This document shows, piece by piece, positions 29,388 through 32,569 of a stretch of DNA of 32,569 nt. The translations under genes were made by a program, and so were the position numbers. Numbering within the stretch: the stretch's first letter is position 1; each line of letters begins with the position of its first letter. The stretch lies in contig JBDRBF010000013.1 of the NCBI GenBank assembly GCA_043822925.1, positions 1 through 32,569 on the forward strand, written 5' to 3'. The notes under the pieces were generated by a model, which saw only the letters and a list, made by a program, of their open reading frames with translations, did no database searches and was not told the origin of the DNA. This stretch comes from a bacterium (GTDB taxonomy: Bacteria; Babelota; Babeliae; Babelales; RVW-14).

Positions 29388-29966
29388 TTATTTTGCTTTC
29401 TTAACTAAGTTAACCCATTTTGCTACTGCTTGCTTCTTTTGCAATATTGATGCTTTATTGGAATAGAAATAATTATCCCAACCAGCACTTTTGGTCATAA
29501 CAGGCAATATTTCTTTTTCATGTGCTACATAAAACTCTTGATATTCAAGCGTCCATGTAGAAAAATCTCGAGCATCAAGCTCTTTTACTATTTTTTCTTG
29601 AATCGTAACTTTTGCTTCTTCTTGAGATTTAACTTTTGCTGGGCGCGCTTTTCTTAATACTTCAAGTACCTCTTTTGATGGTGCTTGTTTCTTTTCTTGC
29701 ACTTTCTCTACTTCTGTTACAACCGGGTTAACTACCGGAGCTGTTACAACAGGAGCAACAACTTCTTTAGGCGAGGCAACAACACCTTGTTTTACTACAA
29801 AAGCATTATCATGAGTACGGAAGCAACCGCATGAAATCGCATGCATAAACTTCTTGAACGAACCTTCTTGTATTTGAACTTCTTGCTTGGTAGCCTGAAC
29901 AGACATTCCTGAAATAGCCATCAAAGTAGCCATAACAAATGTTTTTGACAAATTCTTCTTTATCAT
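29388..29966 (-). CDS. Secreted hypothetical protein with Pro/Val-rich linker
   Basis: Start MIKKNL with GGAG SD; signal ends VQA; followed by a terminator. Confidence 0.75.
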   Translation of the reverse strand: MIKKNLSKTFVMATLMAISGMSVQATKQEVQIQEGSFKKFMHAISCGCFRTHDNAFVVKQGVVASPKEVVAPVVTAPVVNPVVTEVEKVQEKKQAPSKEVLEVLRKARPAKVKSQEEAKVTIQEKIVKELDARDFSTWTLEYQEFYVAHEKEILPVMTKSAGWDNYFYSNKASILQKKQAVAKWVNLVKKAK

Positions 29967-30215
29967 AATAGTTCTCCATTTTTTAGTACCCAGACCGAAA
30001 AACATGCGTACAAAGTCACACACCCTGTACACGCTGTTTAACCACCATTTATTCACATATACTTACACTTGTTAAATCTTAATTGAAACTTAGCGTAAGA
30101 CAATTATGGCTTTTTATTTCTCAATCGTCAACTATATATCAAAAACTCATAAAAACCGCATTTTTTGCTTAGCACCCGACAAAAACATGGGAAAATAATG
30201 ACAAAATCGCATTTT

Positions 30216-30350
30216 GCCTATGGTTGAAACCATAGGCTATAACCAAATTTCAGGTGATTACACCTGAGCCCAGATAACATACATTATTTCCAGATCATCA
30301 GGCGTAAACGCCTGAAACTCTCTTGCAAAGCCTAGTGTTTTAACACTAGG
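30216..30350. repeat. Composite inverted element A-B...B'-A' of four REP-like palindromes
   Basis: gcctatggttgaaaccataggc; tcaggtgattacacctga; tcaggcgtaaacgcctga; cctagtgttttaacactagg. Confidence 0.85.
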
Positions 30351-30513
30351 TAAAAATTGGATTTAACCTTTATTTTAAAGCATAAAATTTTCTTCATCTT
30401 CACAAGCTCTCTCCCAATAAAAACCATAGTTCTCACTTCTATATCTTAGGTAATTCACAAAGCTCGACCCCGAGCCCCGATTTAACTCGATTTCTCCTGC
30501 TTCAACTCACGCC

Positions 30514-31656
30514 CTATTTTAAATTATCTTTTACTTCCCCCATTTTTTGAGCCAAATCTACTAATTTTGTTTTCAAAGCTTCAAGGCTGTTAGAAAATTT
30601 TTTGATCGCAATATAAAGAGGATCTTTTTCTCTTAATTCTTGCTCCAGTTTTTTCTTCTCTTCTTCTTTCTCTTCAAGCTCCTTTTTATGCGCTTCTTCT
30701 TTTTCTTTTAGATCCTTTTTATACGCTTCTTCCAACAGCTTCTTCTCCTCTTCCGATTGCTTGAATTTCTCTTCTATCTTTTTCTTCGCTTCCTCGTCCT
30801 CTAAATTCTTCTTCGCATCCTCTTGTTCTTTCAACTTTTTGAGGCTTGCGTCTTCTTCTTCTTTTTTTTTCGCTTCTTCTTCTTTCTGTCGCTTATCTTC
30901 CTCTAATTTTTTTATCTTTGCCTGCTCTTCTTCCAGCTTCTTTTTAGCTTCTGCTTCAGATTCTTGTTTCTCTGTTTCTTTCTTCTCTAACTCTTTTTTC
31001 AGATCTTCCTTCTCTTTTTCACTTAATTCTTTTTGCCCTTCAAAAACTTCTTTTTCCTTCTCTAGTCCTTCTGTTTTTTTCGCGAGCGCCTCTTTTTCTT
31101 TCGCTTGACTCTCTGCTACTTTCTTGAGTTCTAATTCTTTCAATTCATTTATCTTGCCTTCCAATGTAATTTTTTCTGTTGGCCACTCGCCTACAAAAGT
31201 TTTATAAGCAGACAAAACATTGGTCCAGCCTTTACCATAAACTTCAAAAAGATGTGAATGGTTATCGATTCTTTCTTTTAAGGCAGCAATAGATTCGTCC
31301 TTTAAAGCTTTAATAGATTCGTCCTTTAACGTTTCTGCAGGCATTCCTAATTTTTGCCATAGAAGATAAAACAATTTTTTCCTATCTTGAATACTAAAAG
31401 TAACTTGTTGGCTTTTGCCCTTTTTAGCTTTCAGTTGTTTTTTATATGAGCTAAATTTTTCTTCCAAAACTACCAGCTCTTTTTTCTCTTCTTCAGACAA
31501 TCCAACAAGCCCGGCTTTCTTTTTACCCGATTTCACCGTACCGCCTGTCTTCGGCTTCATCCCCTGCACCATAGAAACAAAACAAAATTGGCACACAAAA
31601 AAAGCCGAAAGCAAAATAAATAACCCAGAACAATTTTTCATTCGCATCACAGCCAT
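30514..31656 (-). CDS. Secreted Lys/Glu-rich coiled-coil protein
   Basis: GAGGAG SD; signal ends VQG|M; long KE-rich heptad region; 24-nt internal duplication (LKDESI x2). Confidence 0.85.
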   Translation of the reverse strand: MAVMRMKNCSGLFILLSAFFVCQFCFVSMVQGMKPKTGGTVKSGKKKAGLVGLSEEEKKELVVLEEKFSSYKKQLKAKKGKSQQVTFSIQDRKKLFYLLWQKLGMPAETLKDESIKALKDESIAALKERIDNHSHLFEVYGKGWTNVLSAYKTFVGEWPTEKITLEGKINELKELELKKVAESQAKEKEALAKKTEGLEKEKEVFEGQKELSEKEKEDLKKELEKKETEKQESEAEAKKKLEEEQAKIKKLEEDKRQKEEEAKKKEEEDASLKKLKEQEDAKKNLEDEEAKKKIEEKFKQSEEEKKLLEEAYKKDLKEKEEAHKKELEEKEEEKKKLEQELREKDPLYIAIKKFSNSLEALKTKLVDLAQKMGEVKDNLK

Positions 31657-31775
31657 CATATCTCCTCAAAAATAACGCTCACAAAAGCGTTCCAAAAACT
31701 CGTATTGTTTTTACTTAATCATAAAACTTCACCATTTTTCAAGAGAACACAAAAGATCAACCCAAAATTAGGATT

Positions 31776-31835
31776 AGATCCTGAAACACTACTTCGCCCT
31801 ACGTGGCTACGAAGTGCAGGCAAGTTCAGGATGAC
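31776..31835. repeat. REP-like hairpin (agatcctgaaa...caagttcaggatgac) with a second palindromic element nested in its loop
   Basis: Outer arms atcctgaa/ttcaggat; inner acttcg...cgaagt hairpin. Confidence 0.7.
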
Positions 31836-31982
31836 AATAGAATTCATTTTGTGATACAGTTTTGACAGCAAGGGGAAATATGGACCCAGGCGTCGCCGGT
31901 GGCGATGATAATACATAGAACAGGATGGCAAAAAAATTTAACAGGTTACTCAAAAACAGGTTTCTCAAACCAGGGTGTAATA

Positions 31983-32569
31983 ATGGAAAAAAAGCTTTTT
32001 CTTGAAGACAACATCGGCTTTGTAGAACTTATAGACGTCTTTGGCAGCGACCTAACCGTCGTGAATGCAGCACGCGTATCGTTCAATAAAGAATCAGAGT
32101 TTGAACCAACAAGCGAGGCGATAAATAGCACTGAGCATACAAACAGCTCAAGCAACATGCCCGGACAAAAATTAAGCGAGCGTGATGCAAAGCTCATACA
32201 ATACCTAGCCAAGCACAAACACATCACCCCATTTTTCCATCCCATTATCCGCATGCGCATCAAAATGCCAATTTTTGTTGTACGCGAATGGTACCGCCAT
32301 TCAATCGGCTTTGCCCGCAACGAAGTTTCCCGCCGCTATGTTACCGACTCCCCAGAGTTTTTTGTGCCACAAGACCTCAGACAACGAGATGTAAATATAA
32401 AACAAGGCTCAAGCGACGCAATCGTACTAGATAATAAAATAAAAGTTCAAGAGATGCACATTTTTTGCACACACGTTCTCGATTATTACAACAGATTGCT
32501 CGAGCAAGGCGTATGCCCTGAACAAGCACGCATGATTTTACCACAATCTATGTATACAGAATTTATTGA
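31983..32569 (+). CDS. thyX: FAD-dependent thymidylate synthase, 3'-truncated (absent from the ORF track)
   Basis: Manual translation: MEKKLFLEDNIGFVELIDVFGSDLTVVNAARVSF...HKHITPFFH...MPIFVVREWYRHSIGFARNEVSRRYV...GVCPEQARMILPQSMYTEF. Frame is open to the window end. Confidence 0.95.
   Translation, partial: MEKKLFLEDNIGFVELIDVFGSDLTVVNAARVSFNKESEFEPTSEAINSTEHTNSSSNMPGQKLSERDAKLIQYLAKHKHITPFFHPIIRMRIKMPIFVVREWYRHSIGFARNEVSRRYVTDSPEFFVPQDLRQRDVNIKQGSSDAIVLDNKIKVQEMHIFCTHVLDYYNRLLEQGVCPEQARMILPQSMYTEFI

Noticed and set aside
30216-30350. CRISPR array
   Set aside because: The palindromes are of two types in inverted arrangement, with no identical direct repeats, regular spacers or cas genes.
30761-31108. 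F/S-rich plus-strand ORF
   Set aside because: Antisense shadow of the K/E-rich coiled-coil gene.
31719-32320. Minus-strand ORFs 31719-31931 and 31946-32320
   Set aside because: The first spans REP-like sequence; the second is antisense to the clear thyX frame.

Overview
AT-rich bacterial chromosomal window with about 19 CDSs. It contains no rRNA, tRNA, CRISPR array, transposase or phage hallmark gene. Recognisable genes are a 5'-truncated P2-type ATPase, an acyl-CoA/AMP ligase-ACP-PlsC acyltransferase fusion, asnS, divergent thiL-like and thiE-like genes, and a 3'-truncated thyX that the ORF track missed. About 12 other genes encode orphan proteins with Sec-type signal peptides. These include two tandem paralog sets, a 2436-aa helical-repeat protein, an RS/GRA/RGG low-complexity protein and a class III nucleotidyl cyclase. 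This gene content and signal-peptide style suggest a protist-infecting bacterium such as Candidatus Dependentiae/Babelota (inference only). Most notable observations: (i) a thiE-thiL pair in which both enzymes have substitutions concentrated at conserved active-site positions; (ii) an exported cyclase with non-canonical base-specifying residues and two RRxS motifs; (iii) an unannotated three-hairpin RNA upstream of asnS that carries a sequence complementary to the asnS ribosome-binding site; (iv) a dispersed REP-like doublet family with compensatory changes, plus a second element nested at CAAG loops; (v) Met recurring at +1 after predicted signal-peptide cleavage; (vi) an in-frame nonsense codon splitting one paralog.
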